From IMG/VR virus record IMGVR_UViG_3300013132_000028, positions 32,001 to 96,000 of that record: DNA of 64,000 bases. One strand, given 5' to 3'. Origin of the DNA: a virus. Shown here piece by piece: positions 15,228-24,450 of this stretch (the first letter of the stretch is position 1; the number at the start of each line of letters is the position of its first letter). The translations under genes and the position numbers were made by a program. The notes beneath the pieces are model-generated. The model was not told the DNA's origin. It saw only the letters and a list, made by a program, of their open reading frames with translations, and searched no databases.

Positions 15228-15749
15228 TTACGGCACCGCCGCAGTGCAGCTTAGGGTTACGACTTGAAAGCCACCTTCTGGTTGCAGGGTGTCCACGGTT
15301 GCTATTACTCCCACGCCAAAACCGCCTTCTTCCCACTGGTCTAGCGCTGCTGCCGACTCTATTAAAATCCAGGCGTCGTACGCTGCCACCGTTGCTGCTT
15401 TGGTCAAGCTAGCGGTGCTCGGGGCAGCCCCGGTGTGTCCACCGCTCGGTACCGGACGTGCAACAGAAACGCTAAAAGTGGCTGTTCGCGGGGCCTCGCA
15501 TTTTTGCGGCGTGGCCACCTGCGAGCCGGGCGCGCCTAAGTACATCTGGTTAAACGAAACCACCAGTTGTTCGCAATCCACCGGCGGCAGACCAATGGAC
15601 CAGTACCTGCGTGTTGGAAGAGGCATGCCGTAGGCTGTGTACTGAGCGACAACGGTTTCTAGCACTCTCTCCAGGAATACCTTTAGGTGCTTCGCATCGT
15701 CTGAGACTTCTTCGTCAAAAGTAGGAGCTGCTCCGGGACTGTAGCTCAT
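15228..15749 (-). CDS. Putative tail terminator
   Basis: Position in the neck cluster; DCEQLVV, PEGG motif. Confidence 0.6.
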   Translation of the reverse strand: MSYSPGAAPTFDEEVSDDAKHLKVFLERVLETVVAQYTAYGMPLPTRRYWSIGLPPVDCEQLVVSFNQMYLGAPGSQVATPQKCEAPRTATFSVSVARPVPSGGHTGAAPSTASLTKAATVAAYDAWILIESAAALDQWEEGGFGVGVIATVDTLQPEGGFQVVTLSCTAAVP

Positions 15750-15928
15750 GGTGACTCTGTTTCTGGTTCACCAAGAAGCAAATTTGCTTGTCTGTCCGCT
15801 TCAATCTGCTCTGGAGTTCTACCGCTTCTCGGCGCCTGTCCTGCACGTATCGTGTGTAGCACACGCATCTGCTCTAACAGTGGCAGGTGGGCGTACTCGT
15901 CTGGTACGTCTCTGTGTACTTTTCTCAC
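15746..15928 (-). CDS. Hypothetical protein
   Basis: Translationally coupled inside the late operon. Confidence 0.55.
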   Translation of the reverse strand: MRKVHRDVPDEYAHLPLLEQMRVLHTIRAGQAPRSGRTPEQIEADRQANLLLGEPETESP

Positions 15929-15930
15929 TG

Positions 15931-16059
15931 TTATTCCTTGTCTGCTTCTGGCTCAGGGTTAGGGTTAACAACGACTGGGGCGGCTTTTGCTTTTGGCTTC
16001 CGCTTCGTCTGCTGAGTCGGCTGGCCTGTTTTCATGTCTGCTGATCTGAAGTTTTTCAT
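15931..16059 (-). CDS. Small hypothetical protein (42 aa, MKNFRSADMK...)
   Basis: Manually translated; RBS AAAGGA; fills an operon gap. Confidence 0.5.
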   Translation of the reverse strand: MKNFRSADMKTGQPTQQTKRKPKAKAAPVVVNPNPEPEADKE

Positions 16060-16079
16060 GCTTTTTTCCTTTCTTAGTT

Positions 16080-17219
16080 TTATAGAGTGTAGACCGGTTC
16101 GGTAGACTCGGCTAGCTGAACTGACAGGTTGCCGGAGATTAGGTTAATTACCTCGTCTACACTTGGATTGTTTGGCGTCGGACGTGATACGTACAAGTCC
16201 CAGGTACCAGGGTCGTGCAGACCTAAAATTGATTTTGCGTCCGCGTAGGGGACAGCAACTGTCACCCGTGAACCGACAGTGTCTAGCGTCGCGGCGTTCT
16301 CTACGACTCTCGTATACGTACCGGCCCAATTAGTTATGCGGACTTCTAGGTCCCAGCTGTTGTCGTCTAGCAGGAACAGTCCGCTCACGTCTTCCAGCTC
16401 TATGACTCGTGCGCCGACTTGGTTAGGCTTCGTAGCAATGTCAAACAAGCTCTGTGGCAGCACGAACGGTTTTGGGTTTACTCTGCGTGCTCTAGGCACG
16501 TCTGGTGAGAACACCCTGGCGCGCGCTCTAGCTCTGTCTGGGTTTACGGCGCGCAGGAACAAGTCTACCGCGTAGATACCTGAGCGCAGTTCGTCGATGA
16601 AATCTTGGTTGTCTAGTACAGTGTAGGTTACGCCTTGACGTGCGATTGACGTGACACGGTTTGGCAGCGCGCAGTCGTCTGTGCCTTCATACAGCTTAAC
16701 CAGCTCTAGCGCCAGGGTTCTTGCGGCCATGCGGCCCGCTGTCGGTGGCGGAGCTCCATACGTGTAGGTTACTTCTACGTTGCATGGAAAAAAGTTTTTA
16801 CCAAACGTAGCCTCGAGAGTCGAGTGCTCTACTAGTCTGTAGTTCATCGGGTCCACCAAGTCGCCCCTTAGGGTCCTTACGTTGTGTACCTCGATGACTC
16901 TTCGGCCGCGCAGACGGAGTCTGGACCTGGCTGAGTTTGCCTCAGAGGAGAACTCTGTACCGAATCTGTCTATGTCTCCTACTGGAATGTTGAATATGGT
17001 GCCTTCTAGCAAAGCAGGGGTAAACGTCTGAGCCGATGCCCCCAGCAAACGAATGTTGCTGGCGCACACGTATCTTTCGGTGACCGTAGTGATACCCGTA
17101 AATTTTCTACCGGACAAGGCCCACAGCATGTAGGACGCGGTTTTACACGCCTCGTAAGAGTGCGTAGAACTTGAGTACTCACCCAGTTCTTCCACGTTAG
17201 TCCATAAATTTGTTGCCAT
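16080..17219 (-). CDS. Head-to-tail adaptor with C-terminal extension
   Basis: AS.MLWALSGRKF.G, VTYTYG.PPP, CALP.RVTSIARQGV. Confidence 0.8.
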   Translation of the reverse strand: MATNLWTNVEELGEYSSSTHSYEACKTASYMLWALSGRKFTGITTVTERYVCASNIRLLGASAQTFTPALLEGTIFNIPVGDIDRFGTEFSSEANSARSRLRLRGRRVIEVHNVRTLRGDLVDPMNYRLVEHSTLEATFGKNFFPCNVEVTYTYGAPPPTAGRMAARTLALELVKLYEGTDDCALPNRVTSIARQGVTYTVLDNQDFIDELRSGIYAVDLFLRAVNPDRARARARVFSPDVPRARRVNPKPFVLPQSLFDIATKPNQVGARVIELEDVSGLFLLDDNSWDLEVRITNWAGTYTRVVENAATLDTVGSRVTVAVPYADAKSILGLHDPGTWDLYVSRPTPNNPSVDEVINLISGNLSVQLAESTEPVYTL

Positions 17220-17252
17220 GTCTGTGTCCTTTGGTTAGCTTACTCTACCGAT

Positions 17253-17305
17253 AAAAGAGGGCGACGTACCTGTGTCTACAATTTGACACAGTAGGTACGT
17301 CGCCC
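17253..17305 (-). terminator. Intrinsic terminator after the major tail gene
   Basis: GGGCGACGTACC/GGTACGTCGCCC stem plus TGTGTC/GACACA inner stem, followed by TCTTTT on the minus strand. Confidence 0.8.
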
Positions 17306-17319
17306 CGTTCTTGGCCCTG

Positions 17320-18360
17320 CTACAGGGTTGGGTCTTCGGTAGAAGAAACTATGTAGTCGGATGGCAGCTCTGGGTTGTAGCCCTCGTTGCCTGGGATGTT
17401 GTAAGCTGTCTGTGATCCGGAGTCGGTGAAGGCGGCGACTGCACGTCCTGCAGCTGCGACAACCGAGGTTCCACTATCTGCAGTGGACGGGATGTTGTCA
17501 CCCGTCTTGCTGTAGGTAAAGGTTGTGTCGGACGGTGCGGCTGTGATGGTGTACGTACCGTCAATAGATGGGTCTAGGTTGCTTACTACCACGCGGTCGC
17601 CGGCTAGATAGTTGTGTGCGGCAGCCGTGGTTAGGGTAACTACGTTGTTTGTACGTGCCTTGTTGCTGATCGTAGCAGATAGCTGTGGGTGCCACTTGTG
17701 GAAGCCCTTGTATCCGGTAGGAGCCCAAGTCGTACGTGCGTAGGCGTATGGACGGTCAGACGCCACTGGGAACTCCCAGCGCTCGTCTAGGCCGGAACCG
17801 AATGTCTCGTTTCCAAGTCCGTAGCCTTCAAAAGTGTTTGCCAATAGGCCGTTCTCAATCACACGGTCGCCTGACTGACGTAGCTTGACGTATGGGAAGA
17901 TCCAGTGGAAGTAAGGCAGTGTTAGCGCCTTCTTTCCGTCCTTGATTGCCAGCGACCAGACTTCTACGGCTACGCCGTTTGCCTGTGGGTCGTCGCCAAC
18001 GTTAGGTGCTGCCCAACCTACGCTCTTTACGTTTGGTGATGCGTATGTGCCGAGGTTCTTGCGTAGTAACAAACCGCCGGAAAGTAGTTGTGAAAGTTCT
18101 GGGTCTGGCTCGCAGATCGCGATTTCCATAGTGACACGCTTTAATGTGTCTGGTGCCTGGTAGGCTACACATACAGTGCCATCCGCGGCCTTTTCAGTGA
18201 TCTCGTCGCCTGCTTCGTACTCCGGCGTGAATGATGCACGGATGAAGGCTGATGTTGTGTATACGTCGTTTTCACCATTTAAGAGAGCACCGTTTGCGTC
18301 TAAGCGGGTTACCCGTATAGACACACCTTGGATGCTCGCTGCGTAGTCCTGGGTAGCCAT
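17320..18360 (-). CDS. Major tail protein with C-terminal accessory beta-barrel
   Basis: IRVTRLD..G, YEAGDEI.EKAADG.VCV, YFHWIFP; strong RBS; terminator after. Confidence 0.88.
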   Translation of the reverse strand: MATQDYAASIQGVSIRVTRLDANGALLNGENDVYTTSAFIRASFTPEYEAGDEITEKAADGTVCVAYQAPDTLKRVTMEIAICEPDPELSQLLSGGLLLRKNLGTYASPNVKSVGWAAPNVGDDPQANGVAVEVWSLAIKDGKKALTLPYFHWIFPYVKLRQSGDRVIENGLLANTFEGYGLGNETFGSGLDERWEFPVASDRPYAYARTTWAPTGYKGFHKWHPQLSATISNKARTNNVVTLTTAAAHNYLAGDRVVVSNLDPSIDGTYTITAAPSDTTFTYSKTGDNIPSTADSGTSVVAAAGRAVAAFTDSGSQTAYNIPGNEGYNPELPSDYIVSSTEDPTL

Positions 18361-18402
18361 TTAGCTGTCTCCTTGATTCTGGTTTTTTAACCTGGGGTTA
18401 TC

Positions 18403-19281
18403 TTACGCCGTTATATCTACCCTGATAGTTTGGTAGACAGAGGTATCTACGTAGATACCGGCGGCACGGGTTGCCTTGATTCTCATGTCGTTAACACTGG
18501 CGGCAACGCCCTGGGCCAGCGATTCGTTTATTACTTCTGACTTGCCGAGATGAACCTCGACAGTTCCGGTAGCAAAAATCCACTTGTGGGTGGCGTCCGC
18601 AGCTGCCTGGGCATTCCCGATTGGACCGCCTCCGGAGTATCCGGAGCCTACCACTACGGGAGTTCCTAGACGTGTTCTAATTTGGTTTTCTGCTATTACT
18701 AGCCTGTTTCCCAGGATAGAAGCTACGTCACGTGTCATGTGGATTACTGCCTTTTCACCGCATGGAGAGCCGGCAATACCTTGTTCCAACTTAGCTAAGC
18801 AGATGTCTGCTCTTACGTTGGCAGCGTTAGAAATTACTGTGGCTCCACCAGTTTTAATTAGGTATGCTGTAGTGTTGGCTGCTGCACCGGTTCCGGTGTC
18901 GCCGCGAACTGCTACTCCTTCCCACAGTTCTTTCTCTAGTGCTTTCTGAGTGGCTGCCTCTAGCTGGCGTAAGACGCGGGCAAAACGGTCTTCTCCGAGT
19001 ACACCGAACGTCGAAATGAAGTCCTCTGTCTCGATGAAAAACGGTACGACGCGCTGAAAACGTGTCGTGCCTGACTGGTTTGCTAGCGGATTGCCATCTA
19101 CAGCCTCGTCATTTTTGTTGAGAATACGAATTGTTGGATTTGACTCATCTTCCTGGTCAAACCCGCGAATCCAGCGTTCTCCGTCTTCTGAGGTGCTGTG
19201 GTTGTACACCTTTGCGACACTCAGAAGCCCGTAGGGGTTCGGAATGAGCTCTGGAGCTTTTACTACTCCCGTGAACGGCAT
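18403..19281 (-). CDS. Second capsid protein (pentamer/minor capsid-like)
   Basis: Directly after the major capsid gene; PYGLLSVA, LE.ELW.G, T.LGTPVVVGSGY; layout of cluster-B-like actinophages. Confidence 0.7.
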   Translation of the reverse strand: MPFTGVVKAPELIPNPYGLLSVAKVYNHSTSEDGERWIRGFDQEDESNPTIRILNKNDEAVDGNPLANQSGTTRFQRVVPFFIETEDFISTFGVLGEDRFARVLRQLEAATQKALEKELWEGVAVRGDTGTGAAANTTAYLIKTGGATVISNAANVRADICLAKLEQGIAGSPCGEKAVIHMTRDVASILGNRLVIAENQIRTRLGTPVVVGSGYSGGGPIGNAQAAADATHKWIFATGTVEVHLGKSEVINESLAQGVAASVNDMRIKATRAAGIYVDTSVYQTIRVDITA

Positions 19282-19348
19282 CTTTATGTTTCTCCTTTGT
19301 GCTTCCGAGTGTTCGCTTAAGTTACTACTTAACTAGCTAAGTTCTATC

Positions 19349-21358
19349 CTAGAGCTCAACTGTTGATGCTGCTACGCCGCCCAACGTGTCACGGAGAGCT
19401 GCTGCTGCACCGTTGACAGAGATGGTGGATGTAACTGCGAGGCTTTCGATACCGACCTTGGCGATACCCTCGAAGGTCTCAACGAACATCTTGTAGTCGT
19501 TGGTTCCGACGAGCGTGGAGTCGCGGATGATACCTAGGTCTAGTGTTCCGCCGTCTAGGAACAGGAATGTTCCCTCGGCAAACAGACGCCATGTGAAGGT
19601 GTCTGGGAATTCGACCATGCCACCTGCGCTCTGTGCACCAAAGACACCTGCGTCCGTCGTAAACGTAATGTTTACGTTGCGGCTTGCAAGGTAGCCTTCG
19701 ATCTCAGAGTAGGTTGCACCTAGGTTGCCATCACCAGGCATGTTTAGTGCCAAGTCAGCGATTATCGCATCTCGTACCCATGCAGGAACGATTGCTGCGA
19801 GTGGTGCGTCTGCCTCTAGGCGGTGACGTGAACGGTAACCAGCAGCAGCGCGACCAATTTGTACTAGGAAGTCGCGTGCTACACCGATTACGTTGGTAGA
19901 TGTAACTGCTACTGAGCCTGCGTCGATCTTGTCAAGTAGGTACTGCTCAGCAATACGTGAGTGCTGAATCAGACCTAGCTCGTTGTGTCGAGCTACAAGC
20001 TCTGGATATGCACGAGACATCAAGTTACCAAACTGCATTTGCATCGTGATTGCATCAGTTGCAACGGTGTTTTCACCGGCTGCAGTAACGGTCAAGCTAG
20101 CCTTTGTAGCGCCGGCTGGAGTGGTGTCTGTGGCGTTTGTCCAAGTTCCGACAGCGTTTGCTGCACCTGACAGAGTCGGTGGAGTGATGAAGCGGATACC
20201 GCCTCGATCTGCTTGGAACTTAGGAAGTGAGTCACGCACCGGACGGCCTGTTGTGCCAAAGCCAAAGATGTCGTAACGAACTTCGAATGGTGCGGCATGG
20301 CCACCGGAAGCGACGAGCGCTTCAGGTCCGGCTACTGCCTGTATCTTATTCCAGTTTGCTTCTGCATCCTGGGTTAGTTGACGGTCCTCTGGATATGAAG
20401 TTGCCAGAGATGCGACGATGTGCTGCTCTCCGTCGCCACCATTTACACGGCGTAGGCCGTGTAGGCGCTTGACGAAAGCGTCTGCTACATCTGTCATGTT
20501 TGTCATTGGTGCTCCCGCTGTATAGCCAGGAATGTCAGCGCCTGCCGTGATCGCCACGGGCGCGGCTTCTGTCGTCCTGTCTGTAGGGCGGCGGTCAGCT
20601 GGAGCTTGGACTTCCAAGCTTTCTGACTCGGTTACGGCGGCTGTCACTGTTGTTGCCTCCTGGGTTTCTACTGCGGTTTCTTCCACAGTCTCGTTGCTGG
20701 TTGCTGCGGCTTCGGCTTCTTTTGCCGGTTCTGCTACTGCTTCTGCAGTTGCAGCTGTCGCTAGCTCCGCGACCTCATTAGAGGCCTCGGACTTTTCTTT
20801 CTTTTCTTCTTCTTCTTTTGCCTCTTTAGCCTTTAGTTCTTCGGCTGAATCGGCTTTTACAGTATTCTCGTCAGCGGCTGCCTCTGTGGCTGCTGCTGCT
20901 TCGACTACTGGTTCAGCTGTTGCTGGTTGTTCTGGTTGTTCGGATGAAAGCTCCGCAGCCTTCTCCGTCTCAGTTGACGCCTCGGTCGTTGCTGCTTCTT
21001 CCTTCTTTTCCTCGGCTTTTTCTTCCTCGGCTGGCACTTCTGCTTCGCCTTCGGCTTTGGCCGGCTCTTCTTCAGGTTGATTTGCAGCTTGTTCCGTGTT
21101 GTCTGCGTTGCCACGCACTCTTGCGGCAGCTTCTGCTGCACGCGCTGCTAGCTCTGAAAGCTCTGCCTCGCGGCGAGCTACTTCTGAGCGAACAGTGTCG
21201 AGCATGTCGGCAAGCGACGTCATCGCGTCGACTGTCTGTGGAGATGGCTCTTCGCCTTCAACCGTTTCGAATTCGCTGACGATAGCACTCTGTAGCTCTG
21301 TGAGTTGTTCCTCAGTGAGCTCAGACAGCTTGTCTAGCATTTCTTTGATACGGTCCAC
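19349..21358 (-). CDS. Major capsid protein with fused N-terminal acidic scaffold
   Basis: About 265 aa Glu/Ala-rich N-terminus, then ALVASGG..AP, RPVRDSLP.F.A.RGG, GGTLDLGIIRDS.L...ND...F.E.FEG. Confidence 0.9.
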   Translation of the reverse strand: MDRIKEMLDKLSELTEEQLTELQSAIVSEFETVEGEEPSPQTVDAMTSLADMLDTVRSEVARREAELSELAARAAEAAARVRGNADNTEQAANQPEEEPAKAEGEAEVPAEEEKAEEKKEEAATTEASTETEKAAELSSEQPEQPATAEPVVEAAAATEAAADENTVKADSAEELKAKEAKEEEEKKEKSEASNEVAELATAATAEAVAEPAKEAEAAATSNETVEETAVETQEATTVTAAVTESESLEVQAPADRRPTDRTTEAAPVAITAGADIPGYTAGAPMTNMTDVADAFVKRLHGLRRVNGGDGEQHIVASLATSYPEDRQLTQDAEANWNKIQAVAGPEALVASGGHAAPFEVRYDIFGFGTTGRPVRDSLPKFQADRGGIRFITPPTLSGAANAVGTWTNATDTTPAGATKASLTVTAAGENTVATDAITMQMQFGNLMSRAYPELVARHNELGLIQHSRIAEQYLLDKIDAGSVAVTSTNVIGVARDFLVQIGRAAAGYRSRHRLEADAPLAAIVPAWVRDAIIADLALNMPGDGNLGATYSEIEGYLASRNVNITFTTDAGVFGAQSAGGMVEFPDTFTWRLFAEGTFLFLDGGTLDLGIIRDSTLVGTNDYKMFVETFEGIAKVGIESLAVTSTISVNGAAAALRDTLGGVAASTVEL

Positions 21359-21363
21359 TTACT

Positions 21364-21434
21364 GTCCCTCCTCCGGGCCAGTCACGACAGGCTAATTGTT
21401 AGCCGGTCTCGCTGATCAGTCGAGGTCGAGGGAC
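21364..21434 (-). promoter_or_regulatory. Structured 5' leader occluding the capsid gene SD
   Basis: GTCCCT/AGGGAC, CCTC/GAGG, GAC/GTC and GGCTAA/TTAGCC nested stems; GGAGG SD lies in the 3' arm. Confidence 0.6.
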
Positions 21435-21522
21435 TCTTAAAAAACCACATGGGCCAGAGGCACTCTACCTGATCTGTATATTACTTTGGGTTTATCAGGT
21501 CAATCTGTGAGATTTTGCGCAC

Positions 21523-24450
21523 TCAGGTCAGTAACCTCAGTAACTTGCTCATCTCGGAAGAGACCTCGCTCTGTGTGAGCAAGTCTCCTCCTGACATGAA
21601 AGACTCAAGTCCGGCGATTGCCTCCTTGGCGTCTTCCCTGCCAATCTTGTCTACCACCCGGTCAATCATCTCTTTGACCAGGTCTCTCAGGGCTGGTGGC
21701 AGCTCTGAGTACTTTAACTTCATTGTCTCGTTGCCAAACGGTAGCGGCAGGTTGGCCAAGACCTCTCCGAGCTGTCTAGCGCCCTCGCGGACGTTCTCCA
21801 GCGCCTTGGAGTTTAGGGCACCTGTGTCGATACGTTCAACTACGTTGATTAGCTTTCCAGCGGCTTTGGCGGCCTCGTTGTAGTCTCCGGCTTGTGCCAG
21901 GCGGTCGGCCTCTTTAATTTCTTCTACCACTCCCTGGTTTCCACTTTCGCCTAGGTCAGCCTTCAGACGTGCCAGCACGTCTCTAAACTTTCCCATTTCG
22001 TCGCGTGGTTGAGTCTGCGGAGTGTACTTTCCACCCTCGTAGACCATCGGAGGCATGTTTTCAGCTGCGGCAGCAATACCGGCTGCTCGCACTCTCAAGT
22101 CCTCGGTCTCGGCGGCTAGCTCGACGGAGTTGCTCTTCCACTTCTCCGGAATCAAGTCAGGCCTGTCCAGCCCTCTGGCGCGGCGCATGATGTGTCTCTT
22201 TACCGCGGCTTTTCTGCTGTCTTTGGCCAGTCCGTATGACGAGATCGCGTTCTTCAGGTCCTGTACGTTCCTGATCGGGAACGAGCCGTCCGGCATCGCC
22301 TTTTTCTCGGCTGCTAGCTTCTTTCTGACTCTGCGTGAGATAAAGCCTAGCTCGTTCATGTTGTCGTCCCAGGCAGTCTCCTCGCCGTCCACTCGCAGGG
22401 CTAGCTCGGCTGCGCGGATTCGTAGTCGCTCGTTACGCTCGGCTCTGGCGGCAGCCATTCTCTCGGTTGCGGCAGCGCTCGCTGCTAGCAGTGGCTGTTT
22501 TTCTAACTGTTCCAACTTTTCAATTCTTTGTGCCAATTCGGTCACCGGATCGGACTTCAAACGCGCCAAAACTCCGGCGCCAGCGGCAACAAGTGCCATG
22601 ACCTGACCAGAGGCAACTCGTGCTCTGGCGATTGGGAAGCCAGGCACGTTTACCTGGCACACGGCTACTAGCTCTAGCCCGCCCTTGATTGGTCGCCAGT
22701 CACCGGACGGTGCCGACGCGCGGAGAGCTCTGATCTGCTCAGGCGTGGTGCCTGGACGTACTGCACCGGCTACCCAGATACCAAAAGCGTCCTCTCCAGC
22801 GTGCACGTCTGCGACTGCGGAAGCGGTGTCGTCGTAGTGCTTGGCGGCCTCGGCGGCTGTAGCGCTCAGCGAGGCGTGTCCACCTGCCAGTGTCAACTGT
22901 CCGACGGCAACATCGTTATTGTCGTCTGTACGTACCACACCGGTGTGGAAGTATGCGTACTTGCTCTTGCTCTTCGGCGGCTTAGTGCCGTAGGACATGC
23001 CTATGTGGTCGACGTGCCAGGCTGCAATGTGGCCGAACACCTGTCCCTCGTCGGTTACTGTCAGCGGAGTTGGCTTAGACAAGTTTTGGTCAAAAAACCA
23101 CGTTGCCGGTGGAACTACTGGTATCGAACCAGCGATTAAACCGCACGCGACTAACGCGGACGCCTCCATCGGGTCCATCTCTTCTGCGTACACTCCGTCT
23201 GGTATGCTCACTTGGCTCTCCTGCTCTGTCTCGGCTTGTTCGTCGAGGTAAATACGGCATTCTTGGAACGCCGGTTTTGACACTAACGTAACTGCCATAA
23301 CTCTAGCTTTGTTGATCGTAATTTTACCCCCACCTAGGTCTTGGCTTGCTTCTTCTGAGTCGTCTTTTTCTTTCTTTTCTTCCTTCGCCTCAAACTGGTC
23401 TAGGTCTGCAGACACACCCCTGATAAAGCCGCTACGCACCAGTCTCTCTGCCTCTGCACCGTAGGGGCCAGTGTCAAACACACCCACCGCGTTACCTATT
23501 CCGTTTTCCACGCGCTCCATCTGGTCTATTCGACCTACCACTACAGAACCAGCGTGGCCTTCGCCAGTCTTTATCTGCCATAGGAGCGGAAGAGGCAGCT
23601 CTCGCATCTCAATCGCGCCCTGCTCAAAAATTCTTCCGTCTCCCGACTCGACACCTTCCGGTATTACTAGAGGAATCTTAAAAGAGCCCGGCTCTGTCGG
23701 CTGTATCTCGATCTTGCCGGTCGCTACCAGATTGGCGGTAAACTTTTGAACTGCTTCTTTATGTCTGGCAGCCAGCACGCTTCTAGCCATGTACGAGTCG
23801 CTGTCTATTAAAAAGTCGGCAGTAGAAAAGTACTTTCCGCCCCTCTTTCCGTGCATCTGACGGTGACGCTTGTCTCCAGTCCACATGCCGGTTGCCTCTT
23901 TGTGCCTCAGGGCGCAGTAGCCCTTGGCGCGAGGTCCTAGGTATTTTGACAGTTGTCTAAAGCACCTGGTCCAGTCACCAGGAGTGTTCCAACGAATTTT
24001 TGCGGCACCCCTGCCATACAGCCAGTAGCGTCTCAGTTGTTCGGCCTTGCCTCTGTTTCGGTCTAGTCCGCCTGCAGCCGCAACCGCCACTAAGTCGCCG
24101 GTGCTAGAGCTGTATATCGCGGTCAGACGACAGTCCACCGGCTCTACCCATGAGTACGCTGCCGCTGCCACTGCCTCTGCACCGTCTATCTGCTCCAGAA
24201 CCTGGGTCAGCGACTGGTCGTCGAGCACGACGATAGGCGGGGGCGTAGGAGAGTTTAGGTCGGCAAGTACTCGCTCGTCCTTCTCCCACTTTCCTGGCTT
24301 ACGTGTAAACGTGGTTGGTTTGGTGGAGTCAGAGGAGGCGGGAATAAGCGCCACTAGGTCCAGGACCGCCAGCGGGTCGTCTGGCGCGACGATCGCCATG
24401 TACACGGCGGCCATGTCTGAGGTTTCTGGCGTCAACTCTTTTGTGCTCAT
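21523..24450 (-). CDS. Capsid maturation protease, multi-domain
   Basis: EGVESGDGR.F, LPLPL, GH...VVVGRI, GVSADLD, LVSKPAF (HK97-type protease); second module GHIAAW..SGDWR..VNVPGF; DUF6582-like MPDGSFPI..LIPEKW. Confidence 0.85.
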   Translation of the reverse strand: MSTKELTPETSDMAAVYMAIVAPDDPLAVLDLVALIPASSDSTKPTTFTRKPGKWEKDERVLADLNSPTPPPIVVLDDQSLTQVLEQIDGAEAVAAAAYSWVEPVDCRLTAIYSSSTGDLVAVAAAGGLDRNRGKAEQLRRYWLYGRGAAKIRWNTPGDWTRCFRQLSKYLGPRAKGYCALRHKEATGMWTGDKRHRQMHGKRGGKYFSTADFLIDSDSYMARSVLAARHKEAVQKFTANLVATGKIEIQPTEPGSFKIPLVIPEGVESGDGRIFEQGAIEMRELPLPLLWQIKTGEGHAGSVVVGRIDQMERVENGIGNAVGVFDTGPYGAEAERLVRSGFIRGVSADLDQFEAKEEKKEKDDSEEASQDLGGGKITINKARVMAVTLVSKPAFQECRIYLDEQAETEQESQVSIPDGVYAEEMDPMEASALVACGLIAGSIPVVPPATWFFDQNLSKPTPLTVTDEGQVFGHIAAWHVDHIGMSYGTKPPKSKSKYAYFHTGVVRTDDNNDVAVGQLTLAGGHASLSATAAEAAKHYDDTASAVADVHAGEDAFGIWVAGAVRPGTTPEQIRALRASAPSGDWRPIKGGLELVAVCQVNVPGFPIARARVASGQVMALVAAGAGVLARLKSDPVTELAQRIEKLEQLEKQPLLAASAAATERMAAARAERNERLRIRAAELALRVDGEETAWDDNMNELGFISRRVRKKLAAEKKAMPDGSFPIRNVQDLKNAISSYGLAKDSRKAAVKRHIMRRARGLDRPDLIPEKWKSNSVELAAETEDLRVRAAGIAAAAENMPPMVYEGGKYTPQTQPRDEMGKFRDVLARLKADLGESGNQGVVEEIKEADRLAQAGDYNEAAKAAGKLINVVERIDTGALNSKALENVREGARQLGEVLANLPLPFGNETMKLKYSELPPALRDLVKEMIDRVVDKIGREDAKEAIAGLESFMSGGDLLTQSEVSSEMSKLLRLLT

